64,000 nt of DNA. Origin: Planctomycetota bacterium. Its GTDB lineage: Bacteria > Planctomycetota > Brocadiia > SM23-32. Positions 28,979 to 42,433 of this stretch are shown here, in pieces (positions within the stretch are counted from its first letter, which is position 1; each line of letters begins with the position of its first letter). Where the stretch lies: assembly GCA_021161675.1 (NCBI GenBank), contig JAGHAF010000077.1:7404-71403 (forward strand). The letters run 5' to 3'. The translations under genes were made by a program, and so were the position numbers. The notes below the pieces were generated by a model, which worked only from the letters and a program-made list of their open reading frames with translations, did not search any database and was not told where the DNA came from.

Positions 28979-29581
28979 ATGAAGAAACATCTCAAAATCT
29001 TTGTCAACGGCATCGTCGTCGTGGCGCCGGCGATCATTACCATTTACGCGGTCGTCGCCGGGGCGGTCTGGCTGGACAGCCACATCCGCTTGCTGCTCCA
29101 GCATGTGTGGCCCAGCCCCTTTCCCGGCCTGGGCATCCTGCTCAGCGTGGCGGGGATTTACATGGTGGGGCTTCTGGCGCGGACCTGGCTCTTGCGCTTG
29201 CCGCTGCGCGCCGCCGAGTCCATCGTGGAGCGCATCCCGCTGGTCAAGAGCCTCTACTCCGCCATCAAGGACATGCTGCAGTTCCTCGGCGGCGGGAATG
29301 CCAAGTCCAGGGGCAAGCCGTGCATGTTGAAAGACCCCGAGGGCGACCTCTGCATGCTCGGACTCGTCACCCAACAGGATGCGGAGAGGTTCCTCTCGGA
29401 GAGCCGCGACATGGTAGGAGTCTACTTGCCGATGAGCTATCAGCTCGGAGGCTTCACCGTATACGTCCCCAGAGAACGGGTCGAGGAACTGAAGGGCGTC
29501 AGCGTCGAGCAACTGCTGAAGCTGTGCCTGACGGCCGGCGTGGGCTCGCCCGAGGAACAGGAATCTCTCAAGGAGGAGTAA
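28979..29581 (+). CDS. DUF502 membrane protein
   Basis: F..GIVVVAP..IT, IERIPLVKSLY..IKD-like, VYLPMSYQLGGF. Confidence 0.85.
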   Translation: MKKHLKIFVNGIVVVAPAIITIYAVVAGAVWLDSHIRLLLQHVWPSPFPGLGILLSVAGIYMVGLLARTWLLRLPLRAAESIVERIPLVKSLYSAIKDMLQFLGGGNAKSRGKPCMLKDPEGDLCMLGLVTQQDAERFLSESRDMVGVYLPMSYQLGGFTVYVPRERVEELKGVSVEQLLKLCLTAGVGSPEEQESLKEE

Positions 29582-29582
29582 A

Positions 29583-30101
29583 GTGAACCTTACGGAAGTC
29601 GAGTACACACGCAACCTGGATGCCACGCTGCGGCAGATGGCCGAGACCGGCCTCCTGCTCTCCAGCATGGCGCCCGAACAGCCCCCGAAGCCCAACGTCA
29701 TGACCATCGGCTGGGGGAACGTGGGCATACTGTGGGGCAGACCGGTCTTCACCGTCTACGTGCGCCCCTCCCGCTTCACCTTCGGCTGCATCGAGGCCAG
29801 CGATGAGTTTGTGGTCAGCGTGCCCACCGAACAGATGAGGGACGTCTGCATGGAGGCCGGCAGCCTCTCGGGCCGCGACGTGGACAAGTTCGCGCGCCTC
29901 GGACTGACGGCCCTGGAGGCGGCAAAGGTCGGCGCCCCGCTCATCGCCGAATGCGTCCGCCATTACGAATGCCGCGTCATTCACTGCAACGACGTGGTTG
30001 ACGCCGAAATAGACCCCGCCGCAAGGGCGGACTTCTACCCGGAGGGCAACCTGCACCGGATCTACTACGGCCAGATACTGCGCGTTACGGAGAAAGAATG
30101 A
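29583..30101 (+). CDS. Flavin reductase family (flavoredoxin-like)
   Basis: PNVMTIGWG, VRPSRFT, GSLSGRDVDKF, YECRV. Confidence 0.88.
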   Translation: MNLTEVEYTRNLDATLRQMAETGLLLSSMAPEQPPKPNVMTIGWGNVGILWGRPVFTVYVRPSRFTFGCIEASDEFVVSVPTEQMRDVCMEAGSLSGRDVDKFARLGLTALEAAKVGAPLIAECVRHYECRVIHCNDVVDAEIDPAARADFYPEGNLHRIYYGQILRVTEKE

Positions 30102-30192
30102 AAGGATGTGGCGCGAGGCGCGGCCCCGCGCGCAGACGCGCAAAGTCCGCCCGCCCCCGGCGGGAACACGAACGGCTGAAAGACCAGGACAG

Positions 30193-32463
30193 ATGAAATA
30201 CAAGCCAACGATAATCCTTCTGCTTGTGGTCGCCGTGCTGGGCGCCATCGCCTATTCCCTCTCAAAGCAGCCCACTTCCGAGGAACTGCGCAAGAAACGC
30301 GCCCGCCTCCTGCCCGAACTGGCGGAAGGCCCGGTGGACAGGATAGTCCTCGCCGACGGCCGGCAAAGAATCGTCTGCCTGCGCGCCGCGGACGACTCCT
30401 GGCGCATAGACAGCCCAATCAAGACACGAGCCGACAATTGGGAAGTCCAGGAGATAGTCCGCCAGTTCGAGACCGTTCAGTCCTCTTTTTCCGTCTTCCC
30501 GCGGAAAGGCCTGAAACTCGACCTGGCGCGCTACGGTCTGGACGATCCGGCCCGCCGCATTACGTTCCACGCACAGGATACGGACAAACAATGGACCGTC
30601 CTGTTGGGAGGGCCGTCCGGGGCGGGCGATTCCGTCTACGTGGCCCTGGAGGGGCAGGAAGGCGTTTTCGCAATCCCCAAAGGCGTCGTCAGCCGGGCCG
30701 AGGTCACGGTTCCCGAGCTGCGGAGCAAGCGCATTGCGCCCCGCATCAGCGGGGACCAGTTGAGACGCCTGTCGGTGGAGGCCGCCGAGTTCGAAGGCGA
30801 TGCCGCCTTTCAGGTGGAAGCCCAGGAGGTGGGCGCCGCCTGGGAGATTACAAGGCCGTTCCGCGACCTGGCCGACCGGGACCAGATAGAAAACCTGGCC
30901 GCCGAACTTTACAATCACAGGCTCTCCGAGGACGACTTCGTCAGCGACGACCCCGCACAGGCCCCCGACTACGGGCTGGAGAGCCCGGCGCTGACTCTCT
31001 CCATCCAGGGCGATGGGGAGAGCCAGACCATCCTCTGTGGCGTGAAGGGCGCGGGCGAGAGCGCCGCCTTTTTCGCCATGGAAAAGGGCGAGGGGGCGAT
31101 CGTCAGGATTTCCCGCTCGCTCTTCGAGTCTTTGCGCAAGGGCCCGGGCGATCTGCGTATGAGAAGTCTGGTGGCAGCCCCCGCCACGGACGTAAAACAG
31201 CTACAGTTGAAACGTCCCGAGGGCGACGTCGTAGTGAGCGAGGAGGGCGGCGCCTGGCACATCCAGGGCGCCCCGCGCGCCGACGCAGACCCCTCCCTCA
31301 TGGACCAAATACTGAGCGACCTGGCCTCCGCCGAGATCAAATCCTTCGTGGACGATCGGCCGGCAGACCTGGCGCCCTACGGGCTGGACGATAAAACTCG
31401 CATCCTCCTGAGCCTGGAAGGCAAAGACGGGAAGACACTCGCCGCGATCGCCTTTGGCCGTGCGGCAGGCGACGGCGCCGTCTACGCGCAGCGCGTGGGT
31501 TACCCACCGGTGCTGCGCGTTCCGCAAAAGCGCTACTACGAGCCCTTCAACCGCGGGCGGATCGCTTTTCTGGACCGGCAGGCGCTCGACGAGAGGCCGG
31601 AGGCCGCAGTGCGGCTGCGCCTGCGCCGCGGCGGCGAAGAGATCGCCTGTGCCCGCAAAGAGAAGGGGCCGGGCTGGCGCCTCACCGAACCGGCCGGGGG
31701 CCCGGCCGACGAGGAGGCGGCCAATCGCATCGTTGACGCCTTCAGCCTGCTGAGGGTCGCCGCCTACGCTGCCCTCAAAGCCGACAGCCCTGCCCGTTAC
31801 GGGCTGGCCCACCCGTACGCCTCTCTCGAAGTCGCCTATCGCACCGGGGGGGAAGACGCCCCCGAGCGAGTGCGCACGCTCTCGATCGGCCGGGCCACTT
31901 CCGAGCCCGCCGAAGGGCGCTACGCCACTCTCGACGGCGATAATCGGGTCTTCGTCCTGAGCGACGCGAAGGTGGAGACGCTCCTTCGGAACCCGGCGGA
32001 CAAGACCGTGTGCAAGGCCGAGGACGTCACCGCACTCGCCTTCCGGCGCCGAGGAGAAGAAACGGCGCGTTTCCACCTCAACGCGGACAATGGAACATGG
32101 CTGAGCGGCGATGGCGCGCCTGCCCCGGAAGCGACGGGCAAGGCGCTGGATGGGATTCGCTCCCTGCTGGAGAACTTCCAGGCCGCCGGCGTGGCCGCAT
32201 ACGATGCGAAGAGGCCGGACCGCTACGGCTTCGACGACCCATTCCTCGTGGTAGAGATAGAAACGCGGACAGTGTTGGGCAAGAAGATCGTCGTCGGGGG
32301 GAAGTGCGAGGGAGGACGCTTCGTTGACGGCCCCGCCACTGACTACATCCTGATAATCACCCCGGAGCAGGCGCAAGACCTCGCCGCCCCCCTGCCCCCG
32401 GCGCAGAAAGGAGAAAAGCTCCGTAAGCGTCCAGGCGCCCGGCCTAAAAGAGCCGCCCGATGA
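30193..32463 (+). CDS. Membrane-anchored multi-DUF4340 protein
   Basis: N-terminal TM helix; repeated W-x-I/L...AD and YG(L/F)-x-x-P motifs. Confidence 0.75.
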   Translation: MKYKPTIILLLVVAVLGAIAYSLSKQPTSEELRKKRARLLPELAEGPVDRIVLADGRQRIVCLRAADDSWRIDSPIKTRADNWEVQEIVRQFETVQSSFSVFPRKGLKLDLARYGLDDPARRITFHAQDTDKQWTVLLGGPSGAGDSVYVALEGQEGVFAIPKGVVSRAEVTVPELRSKRIAPRISGDQLRRLSVEAAEFEGDAAFQVEAQEVGAAWEITRPFRDLADRDQIENLAAELYNHRLSEDDFVSDDPAQAPDYGLESPALTLSIQGDGESQTILCGVKGAGESAAFFAMEKGEGAIVRISRSLFESLRKGPGDLRMRSLVAAPATDVKQLQLKRPEGDVVVSEEGGAWHIQGAPRADADPSLMDQILSDLASAEIKSFVDDRPADLAPYGLDDKTRILLSLEGKDGKTLAAIAFGRAAGDGAVYAQRVGYPPVLRVPQKRYYEPFNRGRIAFLDRQALDERPEAAVRLRLRRGGEEIACARKEKGPGWRLTEPAGGPADEEAANRIVDAFSLLRVAAYAALKADSPARYGLAHPYASLEVAYRTGGEDAPERVRTLSIGRATSEPAEGRYATLDGDNRVFVLSDAKVETLLRNPADKTVCKAEDVTALAFRRRGEETARFHLNADNGTWLSGDGAPAPEATGKALDGIRSLLENFQAAGVAAYDAKRPDRYGFDDPFLVVEIETRTVLGKKIVVGGKCEGGRFVDGPATDYILIITPEQAQDLAAPLPPAQKGEKLRKRPGARPKRAAR

Positions 32464-32983
32464 TCCGGGCCGCTTCGAGGAGGTCCGCGACAACGAAGTC
32501 CGGACCCAGGTCCGACCTGTTCGCTTCTTCCGAACCGTAGCCTGTCTTCACCAGAAAAGTAGTCGCCCGAATGCGCCGGCCCATCTGAATGTCGCAGGCC
32601 TTGTCCCCGATGACAAAGGCGTCGGCCGGCTCAAAGCCGAGCTCTTCTGCCGCTCGCATTACGAGGCCCGTTCTGGGTTTGCGGCAATCGCAGCCGTCTT
32701 CAGGGGTGTGGGGGCAGAAATAGATGCCGTCCAGGGCGACGCCTGCCCGCGACAGAAGCTGGCGGAGCCGCTGATGTATCTGGTCCAGGCGTTCGACGTC
32801 GAAGAGCCCCCGTCCTATGCCCGACTGGTTCGTGACCAGCACAAGTCCCAGGCCCATCTCGCTCATTTCGCGCAGGCCGCGGGAGGCATTCGGCAACAGC
32901 TCGACCTTGTCCGGCTCCGACAGGTAATGGCCTTCTTTCGTGATCGTCCCGTCGCGATCGAGCAGCGCGAACCGCCGGCCCAT
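32444..32983 (-). CDS. gmhB: D-glycero-D-manno-heptose 1,7-bisphosphate phosphatase
   Basis: LDRDGT, TNQSGIGRG, CPH...CDCRKP, IGDK..D. Confidence 0.88.
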   Translation of the reverse strand: MGRRFALLDRDGTITKEGHYLSEPDKVELLPNASRGLREMSEMGLGLVLVTNQSGIGRGLFDVERLDQIHQRLRQLLSRAGVALDGIYFCPHTPEDGCDCRKPRTGLVMRAAEELGFEPADAFVIGDKACDIQMGRRIRATTFLVKTGYGSEEANRSDLGPDFVVADLLEAARIIGRLF

Positions 32984-32985
32984 CC

Positions 32986-34431
32986 TCAGCTCCTTCCAAC
33001 TCGATGCCCGCCGGACACAACCCTGGCGCTCGCTGATTCGTCATACCCGGCCCAGCAGCAGGCGCAGAGTTCGAAATCAGGCAGGCCGATCGCTTCCATC
33101 ATCTCCTCCAGCGTGAGATAGGTCAAACTGGTGCAGCCCAGATACTTACGGATCCACTCGACCATGCGCCCGTGCTTCTCGCTGCTCGCATCCAGGTATT
33201 CGGAGATATCTTCAGGCGCGCCGTCTTCCAGCGCGGCGATGGCCCTGCGGGCGGCCAGCTCCTCCGTGGAGCGGGTGGACAGGTTGTATCGGCAGGGGAA
33301 CATCAGCGGCGGACAGGCCACCCGGATGTGCACCTCTTCGGCGCCCGCGTCCCAGAGCTTCTGGATGGTCAGATTCTTCAGCTGCGTGCCGCGCACAATG
33401 GAGTCTTCGCACACGATGAGGCGGCTGCCCCGGCAGATGTCCTCGATGGGCATGAGCTTCATCTTTGCGATCTGATCGCGCACCTCCTGCGAGGGCGGAG
33501 TGTAGCTTCTTCCGTAGCCGGCGGAGTATTTGACGAGCGGACGGCGGAAGGGAAGTCCGCTTTCCATGGCGTAGCCGATGGCATGTCCCGTGCCGCTGTC
33601 CGGCACGCCGCAGACCAGGTCAGCCTCCACAGAATCCTTGCGGGCCAGGGCCTGCCCGCACCGCTCCCTGACCTGCTCCGCCGAGACGCCCTCGTAGCTG
33701 GACGCGGGATAGCCGGTGTAGATCCAGAGGAAGGAGCATATGCTCTTGCCGGCGTCCCGTCCGCCGACAAGGTCCCGCACGCCTCCGCTGTCGAAGAAAA
33801 CCATCTCCCCCGCCTGGAGCTGTTTCTCGACCTCGATCCCCAGGTTGGGGAAGGCGCAGGTCTCACTGGCCGCCGCCACCACGCCATCCTTGGTCCCCAG
33901 CGCGAGGGGAAATCTGCTGTGGTGGTCACAGGCGGCGTAGATGCCCTCTTCCGTCATGAGCAGCAGGGAGATCGAGCCCTCAATCCTGTCAAAGACATTC
34001 TCGATGCCTCTGACGATGTCCTCGGCCTGAACGATCAGATTGGCAATCAGCTCCGTCTGGTTGAGCCTGCCGTTGAGTATCTCGCTGAAGGTTACGCCCT
34101 GCGCGACAAGGCGCCGGCTCAACTCGCCCCCGTTAGTGATCAGCCCTGTGGTAACCAGTGCGAAGGCGCCGAACCGGCTCTCGACAACGATGGGTTGGGG
34201 GTCAAAATCGCTGATGACGCCCACCCCCATTTCGCCCGCATACTTGTGGGCGAACCCGTCAAAAAGATTCTTGAACTGCCCGTGGGCGATCCGATGGATT
34301 TCCCGATGGATACGGACGCCCCGGATGGCCAACCCCCCGAATTCCGTGCCCAAGTGCGAATGGTAATCCGTCCCGTAGAACAACTCTTCCATGCAATTGC
34401 CGCGCGAGGCCACTGCGAAGATACCGCTCAT
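32986..34431 (-). CDS. purF: Amidophosphoribosyltransferase (Cys1-less clade)
   Basis: ASETCAF, GVPDSG, PRPP loop EDSIVRGT, ACPPLMFPC, C-terminal CACCW. Confidence 0.9.
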   Translation of the reverse strand: MSGIFAVASRGNCMEELFYGTDYHSHLGTEFGGLAIRGVRIHREIHRIAHGQFKNLFDGFAHKYAGEMGVGVISDFDPQPIVVESRFGAFALVTTGLITNGGELSRRLVAQGVTFSEILNGRLNQTELIANLIVQAEDIVRGIENVFDRIEGSISLLLMTEEGIYAACDHHSRFPLALGTKDGVVAAASETCAFPNLGIEVEKQLQAGEMVFFDSGGVRDLVGGRDAGKSICSFLWIYTGYPASSYEGVSAEQVRERCGQALARKDSVEADLVCGVPDSGTGHAIGYAMESGLPFRRPLVKYSAGYGRSYTPPSQEVRDQIAKMKLMPIEDICRGSRLIVCEDSIVRGTQLKNLTIQKLWDAGAEEVHIRVACPPLMFPCRYNLSTRSTEELAARRAIAALEDGAPEDISEYLDASSEKHGRMVEWIRKYLGCTSLTYLTLEEMMEAIGLPDFELCACCWAGYDESASARVVSGGHRVGRS

Positions 34432-34591
34432 CTTTTTCTCCCGCTTGCGCTCGGTTCACCACCTTGCAAGCACTTATCTTAGCAGATAACGGGAACCTTT
34501 CCAATCCAGAGCCGGCGCTTTGCGCTCGCAACGCTCGACCCGGTAGAATCCCCGATGCCGATCTTTCTTGTTTTCCAGGGAGGCTCGATCC

Positions 34592-35659
34592 ATGAGCGAG
34601 ATGACTTCTCACGAGCGCTTCAGCCGCATGTACGAGCATCGCGAGGCCGATCGCGTGCCGATAATTGACGAGCCCTGGGCCGCCACGCTCGAGCGCTGGC
34701 GCCGCGAAGGCCTGCCCGAAGACACCGACTGGACCGATTTCTTCGGCGTGGACAAGACGGCGCTGATTGCCGTGGACAACAGCCCGCGTTACGAATGCAA
34801 AGTCCTGGAGGAAACGGACGACTACATCGTAGAAACAACCTGCTGGGGATTGACGGTCAAGAACTGGAAGCACGCGGCGTCCACTCCCCAGTTCCTCGAT
34901 TACACTATCCGCGATCCCGACTCCTGGCGGGAAGCGAAGGCGCGGATGACGCCCACGCGGGACAGGATCCCATGGGCGACGTTGGAGAAGAACTACGCGA
35001 CTTGGCGGGAGCGGGGCTACTGGCTCTCGGCGAGACTCTGGTTCGGCTTCGACGTGACCCATTCCTGGGCTGTGGGGACTGAACGGATGCTGATGGCGCT
35101 GATTGACAATCCGGACTGGTGCGCGGACATGTTCAACACCTACCTGGACGTGAACCTGGCGCTGCTGGAGATCCTTCTAGAAGAGGGCTACACGTTCGAT
35201 TGCGCGACCTGGCCGGACGACATGGGTTACAAGGGACACCAGTTCTTCTCGATGCAAACTTACCGCGATCTGCTCAAACCGGTGCAGCGGCGCGCCATCG
35301 AGTGGGCGCATGCGCACGGCATGAAAGCGCACCTGCATTCCTGCGGAGACGTGCGCCCGCTGGTACCGGAGCTTATCGAGATGGGCCTTGACGCGCTCAA
35401 CCCTCTGGAGGTAAAGGCCGGCATGGACACCCTCTGGCTGAAACAGACCTACGGGGACGACCTGGTGCTGCACGGCGGCATCAACGCTGTCCTGTGGGAC
35501 AAGCCGGAGGCCATCCAGGCGGAAATCCTGCAGAAGACGCCCGCGCTGAAGAAGGGCGGCGGGTACATTTTCTCTTCGGATCACTCCGTGCCCTCAAGCG
35601 TGAGCCTCGAGCAATTCCGCAGCATCGTGAACCTTGCCAAATCCGCAGGAAGCTATTGA
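34592..35659 (+). CDS. Uroporphyrinogen decarboxylase / MtaA-CmuA methyltransferase family protein
   Basis: DRVP, DDMG, HLHSCGD, LNPLE, GGYIFSSDHS. Confidence 0.82.
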   Translation: MSEMTSHERFSRMYEHREADRVPIIDEPWAATLERWRREGLPEDTDWTDFFGVDKTALIAVDNSPRYECKVLEETDDYIVETTCWGLTVKNWKHAASTPQFLDYTIRDPDSWREAKARMTPTRDRIPWATLEKNYATWRERGYWLSARLWFGFDVTHSWAVGTERMLMALIDNPDWCADMFNTYLDVNLALLEILLEEGYTFDCATWPDDMGYKGHQFFSMQTYRDLLKPVQRRAIEWAHAHGMKAHLHSCGDVRPLVPELIEMGLDALNPLEVKAGMDTLWLKQTYGDDLVLHGGINAVLWDKPEAIQAEILQKTPALKKGGGYIFSSDHSVPSSVSLEQFRSIVNLAKSAGSY

Positions 35660-35817
35660 CGGACGGCTGCGCGAGCGCTTGAGCCGCTGCGCCTGCCCCT
35701 TGTTCAACAAAGCCCCCCCGGCGCAAAAAACTCTGTTGCGACGGCCCAATGCATCGGTATAATTCTTATATTATAAGGGACGATGTGTGTCGGCGCACAT
35801 AAGGGAAGGGGAGGGAG

Positions 35818-36162
35818 ATGCTGATAGAGCATTTCCAGTCGGGGCGCATCATCGTTGACGGCAGGGCCTACACCAGTGACGTCATTCTGTGGCCGGAAGG
35901 CGTGGACGACTCCTGGTGGCGCGTGGAAAACCATCAGGTCTGCCCGGAAGACCTGGAGCCGATCCTCAACAAGAACCCGGACGTGGTCATCCTGGGCGCC
36001 GGTTCGTCCGGCGCGATGACGGTTGCGGAGGAAGCCCTGAGCCGCTTGCGGGAGTTCTGTGCGCAGGTGCACGTCGAAAAGACCGAATCGGCGTGCGCTC
36101 TCTACAACGAACTGGCGGGCGGGCCGGACAGAGTGGTGGCAGCGCTCCACCTGTCCTGCTGA
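35818..36162 (+). CDS. Mth938-like domain protein
   Basis: GRIIVDGRAYTSDVI, VILGAG, T..AC..YN, AALHLSC. Confidence 0.85.
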   Translation: MLIEHFQSGRIIVDGRAYTSDVILWPEGVDDSWWRVENHQVCPEDLEPILNKNPDVVILGAGSSGAMTVAEEALSRLREFCAQVHVEKTESACALYNELAGGPDRVVAALHLSC

Positions 36163-36169
36163 GTCGGTT

Positions 36170-37069
36170 TCAGGCCGCCGGTATCGAGCCGGTAATCTGG
36201 CGGCACGCCTGCAAATACTTCTCGGTGGTCCTGCGGACGACGTCAACCGGCAGTTGCGGCGCCGGCGGCCGGTGGTCCCAGCCCGATTCGTCCAGCCAGT
36301 CGCGCACGAACTGTTTGTCGAAGGAGGGCTGCGCGCCTCCCGGCCGGTAGGTCTCGGCGGGCCAGAAGCGGGACGAGTCCGGCGTCAGGACTTCGTCTAT
36401 CAGCGTCAGCTCGCCCTCGACGAGTCCCCACTCGAATTTCGTGTCGCTGATGATAACCCCCCGCCCCGCCGCATATGAGGCGGCCCTCTCGTAGAGCGCT
36501 GCGGAGCGGCGCCGCACCTCCCGCGCCAGCTGCGCGCCGATGAGCTCCTCCATCGCGTCAAAAGAGATATTCTCGTCGTGTCCGCTCTGCGCCTTGGTGG
36601 CCGGGGTGAAAATCGGCTCGGCAAGCTTCTCGCACTCCCGCAGGCCGTCCGGCAACGCGATGCCGCAGATGGCGCCCTCCCGCTGATAATCGCGCCATGC
36701 GGAGCCGGCCAGATATCCGCGCACCACGCACTCGACGGGCAGCACGTCGGCCCGCGCCACCAGCATGGCGCGCCCGCGCAGGAGCGCCCTGTGGGGCGCC
36801 ACCCGGGGGCCCATTTCCCCGACGTCGGTGGTGATCAAATGATTGCGCGTAATGTCCGACAGGCGCCCGAGCCAGAACTCGGTCAGGTGGGTCAGCGCCT
36901 TGCCCTTCCAGGGGATCGCGGTGGGCAGCACGGAATCGTAGGCGCTGATGCGGTCGGTGGTTACGATAAGGAGGCGCGAGCCCAGCGCGTACATATCTCG
37001 CACCTTTCCCCGGTTGACCAGCTCAAGCCCTTCGAGCTGGGTTTTCACTACCGGCTCAGGCTGGCTCAT
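36170..37069 (-). CDS. purC: SAICAR synthetase
   Basis: [43 protein letters not shown]. Confidence 0.97.
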   Translation of the reverse strand: MSQPEPVVKTQLEGLELVNRGKVRDMYALGSRLLIVTTDRISAYDSVLPTAIPWKGKALTHLTEFWLGRLSDITRNHLITTDVGEMGPRVAPHRALLRGRAMLVARADVLPVECVVRGYLAGSAWRDYQREGAICGIALPDGLRECEKLAEPIFTPATKAQSGHDENISFDAMEELIGAQLAREVRRRSAALYERAASYAAGRGVIISDTKFEWGLVEGELTLIDEVLTPDSSRFWPAETYRPGGAQPSFDKQFVRDWLDESGWDHRPPAPQLPVDVVRRTTEKYLQACRQITGSIPAA

Positions 37070-39537
37070 GTTTCCGCTCCTTCGGCGTCATCCACCCCCG
37101 CGGGATATTCTTCATTCTGTGGCCCGACGGCGACGACTCCGCTGACAACGTCCCCTTCATTAGTGCTGACGATGCGCACGCCCTGCGTCCTGCGCCCGAT
37201 GCAACGGATGGCGCTCACGGGGGTGCGGACAGTCTTACCCTTCTCAGTTACCACGATGAGTTCCTGATCGTCGCTCACCTCGCGCATGGCGACCACGAGG
37301 CCGTTGCGCTCGGTGGTCCTGATGTCCAGCCGCCCGCGGCCCCCCCGTCTCTGGCGGGGGTATTCCTTCAGTTCGGTCCGCTTGCCGTATCCTTTCTCGC
37401 AGAGGGTCAGCAGTCTGGCGCCCTCCCGGACCAGGGCCATGTCCACCACCTCGTCCCCGCGATCGAGGCGGATGCCGCGCACGCCGCCGGCCCCCCGCCC
37501 CATTGTGCGCACGTCTTTCTCATGGAAGCGGATGGCGTAGCCTCTGCGCGTGCCAAGCATCACCTCGTCGTCTCCAGTGGTCTTGCGCACTCCGATCAGC
37601 CGGTCGCCCGGGGCCAGGTCGAGAGCGATAATACCCCCGCTGCCCCGCTTGCCGAAGGCGTCCAGCCGGGTCTTCTTTACCTTTCCCCGGCGGGTGGCCA
37701 TCAGCAGGTAGCCCTCCTGCTCGAACTCGGAGACCGGGATGACGCCGGTGATGGTTTCGTCCTCCCCGAGCTGGAGCACGTTGACCAGGGCCCGCCCTCG
37801 GGCGGTGCGCTGCATCTCGGGGACCATGAATACCTTCAGCCAGTACACCAGACCCCGGTCGGTGAAGAACAACATATAATCGTGCGTGGATGCCAGGAAG
37901 ATGTGGTTGACGACATCCTGATCCATCAGGTCGGCGCCGATAACGCCCTTGCCGCCGCGCGCCTGCGCGCGGAAGGAATCCGGCGTAAGGCGCTTGACAT
38001 ATCCCCGGTCACTGATGGTCACGAGCACTCTCTCCTCGGGGATGAGGTCTTCTCGCTCCAGGATCGCGGCGTCCTCCGAGATACTGGTTCGTCGCTCATC
38101 GCCGTACTTGTTCCGCACGTCCAGCAAGTCTTCGCGAATAATGGCTTCGACTTTGCCGCGGTCGGCCAGAATCCCCTTGTATTCTGCGATCTTGAGCGTC
38201 AGATCCTCAAGTTCCTTTTCAATTCTGAGCTGTTCCAGCCCGACCAGGCTGCGCAGTCGCATGCCGACGATCGCGTCCACCTGCGGCTCCGTCAGCTCGT
38301 AGCGTCGCATCAAGCGCTCGCGGGCTTCCTGGACGTTTTCACTGCTGCGGATGATCTCGATTACGTCGTCAATGTTGATCAGGGCTATCTGGAGTCCCTC
38401 GACGATGTGCAGGCGCTCCTCGGCGCGCTCGAGCAAGTGTTCTGTGCGCCGGCGAATAACTACGACGCGGTGCTCCAGGTATAACTCGATCATCCGCTTG
38501 ATGCTCAGGGTTTCCGGGCGGCCGTCCACGATGGCGATCAGGATAATGCTGACGGTCGTCTGGAGCTGCGTGCTTCGCCAGAGCTGGTTGAGCGCCACCT
38601 CCGCGTCGGCGCCGCTTTTCATCTCTATGACGATTCGCGTGCCCGACTTATCGCTCTCATTGCGCACGTCCTGCACGTCCTGGACCCGGCCGGCCTGGAC
38701 GGCGGCGGCGATCCCTTCCATCAGGGCGTCGCGATTCGAGCGGTAGGGCGCCTCGGTGACCACGATATTGCGCCGCCCGTCGCGTAGCTCCTCGAACCTG
38801 GTTCGCGCCCGCAGGATAACTGTCCCGCGCCCGGTGGCGTAGCCGTCGTATATCCCCTGCCTGCCGCATAGGATGCCTCCCGTGGGGAAATCGGGCCCCG
38901 GCACTATCCTCATCAGTTCCCGTATCGAAATCTCCGGGTTGTCCATTACGGCTATGGCGGCGTCGCAGATTTCCCGCAGGTTATGCGGCGGGATGCTGGT
39001 GGACATTCCGACGGCGATGCCGGTGGCCCCGTTCACCAGCAGGTTCGGCAGGCGGGCGGGCAGAACGACGGGCTCCTGGCGCGTGCCGTCGTAGTTCTCC
39101 GCGAGGGTGACCGTGTCCAGCTCGAGGTCGCGCAGCATCTCCATGCCGCTCGCGGTGAGGCGGGCCTCGGTGTAGCGCTGGGCGGCGGGCGGGTCCCCGT
39201 CCATGGAGCCGAAGTTGCCCTGGCTGTCAACGTGCGGGTAGCGGGTGCTGAAAGGCTGGGCCATGCGCACCAGGGCGTCATAGATAGCCCCTTCGCCGTG
39301 GGGGTGGTAATTGCCGTGCACGTCCCCGACGATCTTGCCGCACTTGCGCGTCTGGGCGCGGGGGCCCAGGTTCAGTTCGTTCATGGCGACCAGGATGCGA
39401 CGCTGCACGGGCTTGAGCCCGTCCCGCACGTCGGGCAGGGCGCGGCTGACTATTACGCTCATCGCGAACGTCAGGTACGCATCCTTCATCTCGTCTTCGA
39501 TCAGTAGCTCGCTAATCTGTCCGGCTTCCTGGGCCAT
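37066..39537 (-). CDS. gyrA: DNA gyrase subunit A
   Basis: [23 protein letters not shown], GyrA box QARGGKG. Confidence 0.97.
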   Translation of the reverse strand: MAQEAGQISELLIEDEMKDAYLTFAMSVIVSRALPDVRDGLKPVQRRILVAMNELNLGPRAQTRKCGKIVGDVHGNYHPHGEGAIYDALVRMAQPFSTRYPHVDSQGNFGSMDGDPPAAQRYTEARLTASGMEMLRDLELDTVTLAENYDGTRQEPVVLPARLPNLLVNGATGIAVGMSTSIPPHNLREICDAAIAVMDNPEISIRELMRIVPGPDFPTGGILCGRQGIYDGYATGRGTVILRARTRFEELRDGRRNIVVTEAPYRSNRDALMEGIAAAVQAGRVQDVQDVRNESDKSGTRIVIEMKSGADAEVALNQLWRSTQLQTTVSIILIAIVDGRPETLSIKRMIELYLEHRVVVIRRRTEHLLERAEERLHIVEGLQIALINIDDVIEIIRSSENVQEARERLMRRYELTEPQVDAIVGMRLRSLVGLEQLRIEKELEDLTLKIAEYKGILADRGKVEAIIREDLLDVRNKYGDERRTSISEDAAILEREDLIPEERVLVTISDRGYVKRLTPDSFRAQARGGKGVIGADLMDQDVVNHIFLASTHDYMLFFTDRGLVYWLKVFMVPEMQRTARGRALVNVLQLGEDETITGVIPVSEFEQEGYLLMATRRGKVKKTRLDAFGKRGSGGIIALDLAPGDRLIGVRKTTGDDEVMLGTRRGYAIRFHEKDVRTMGRGAGGVRGIRLDRGDEVVDMALVREGARLLTLCEKGYGKRTELKEYPRQRRGGRGRLDIRTTERNGLVVAMREVSDDQELIVVTEKGKTVRTPVSAIRCIGRRTQGVRIVSTNEGDVVSGVVAVGPQNEEYPAGVDDAEGAET

Positions 39538-39605
39538 AACGTTCCTGCTTTGCTCTCTGCTGAAGGCTCCTTCCGCTGATTTATCCTGGTGCGCGGCGGC
39601 CGCGC

Positions 39606-42432
<2,827 letters not shown>

Positions 42433-42433
<1 letters not shown>

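Noticed and set aside
34592-35659. True hemE
   Set aside because: Lacks the RQAGR motif; HxC metal motif points to the methyltransferase-like branch
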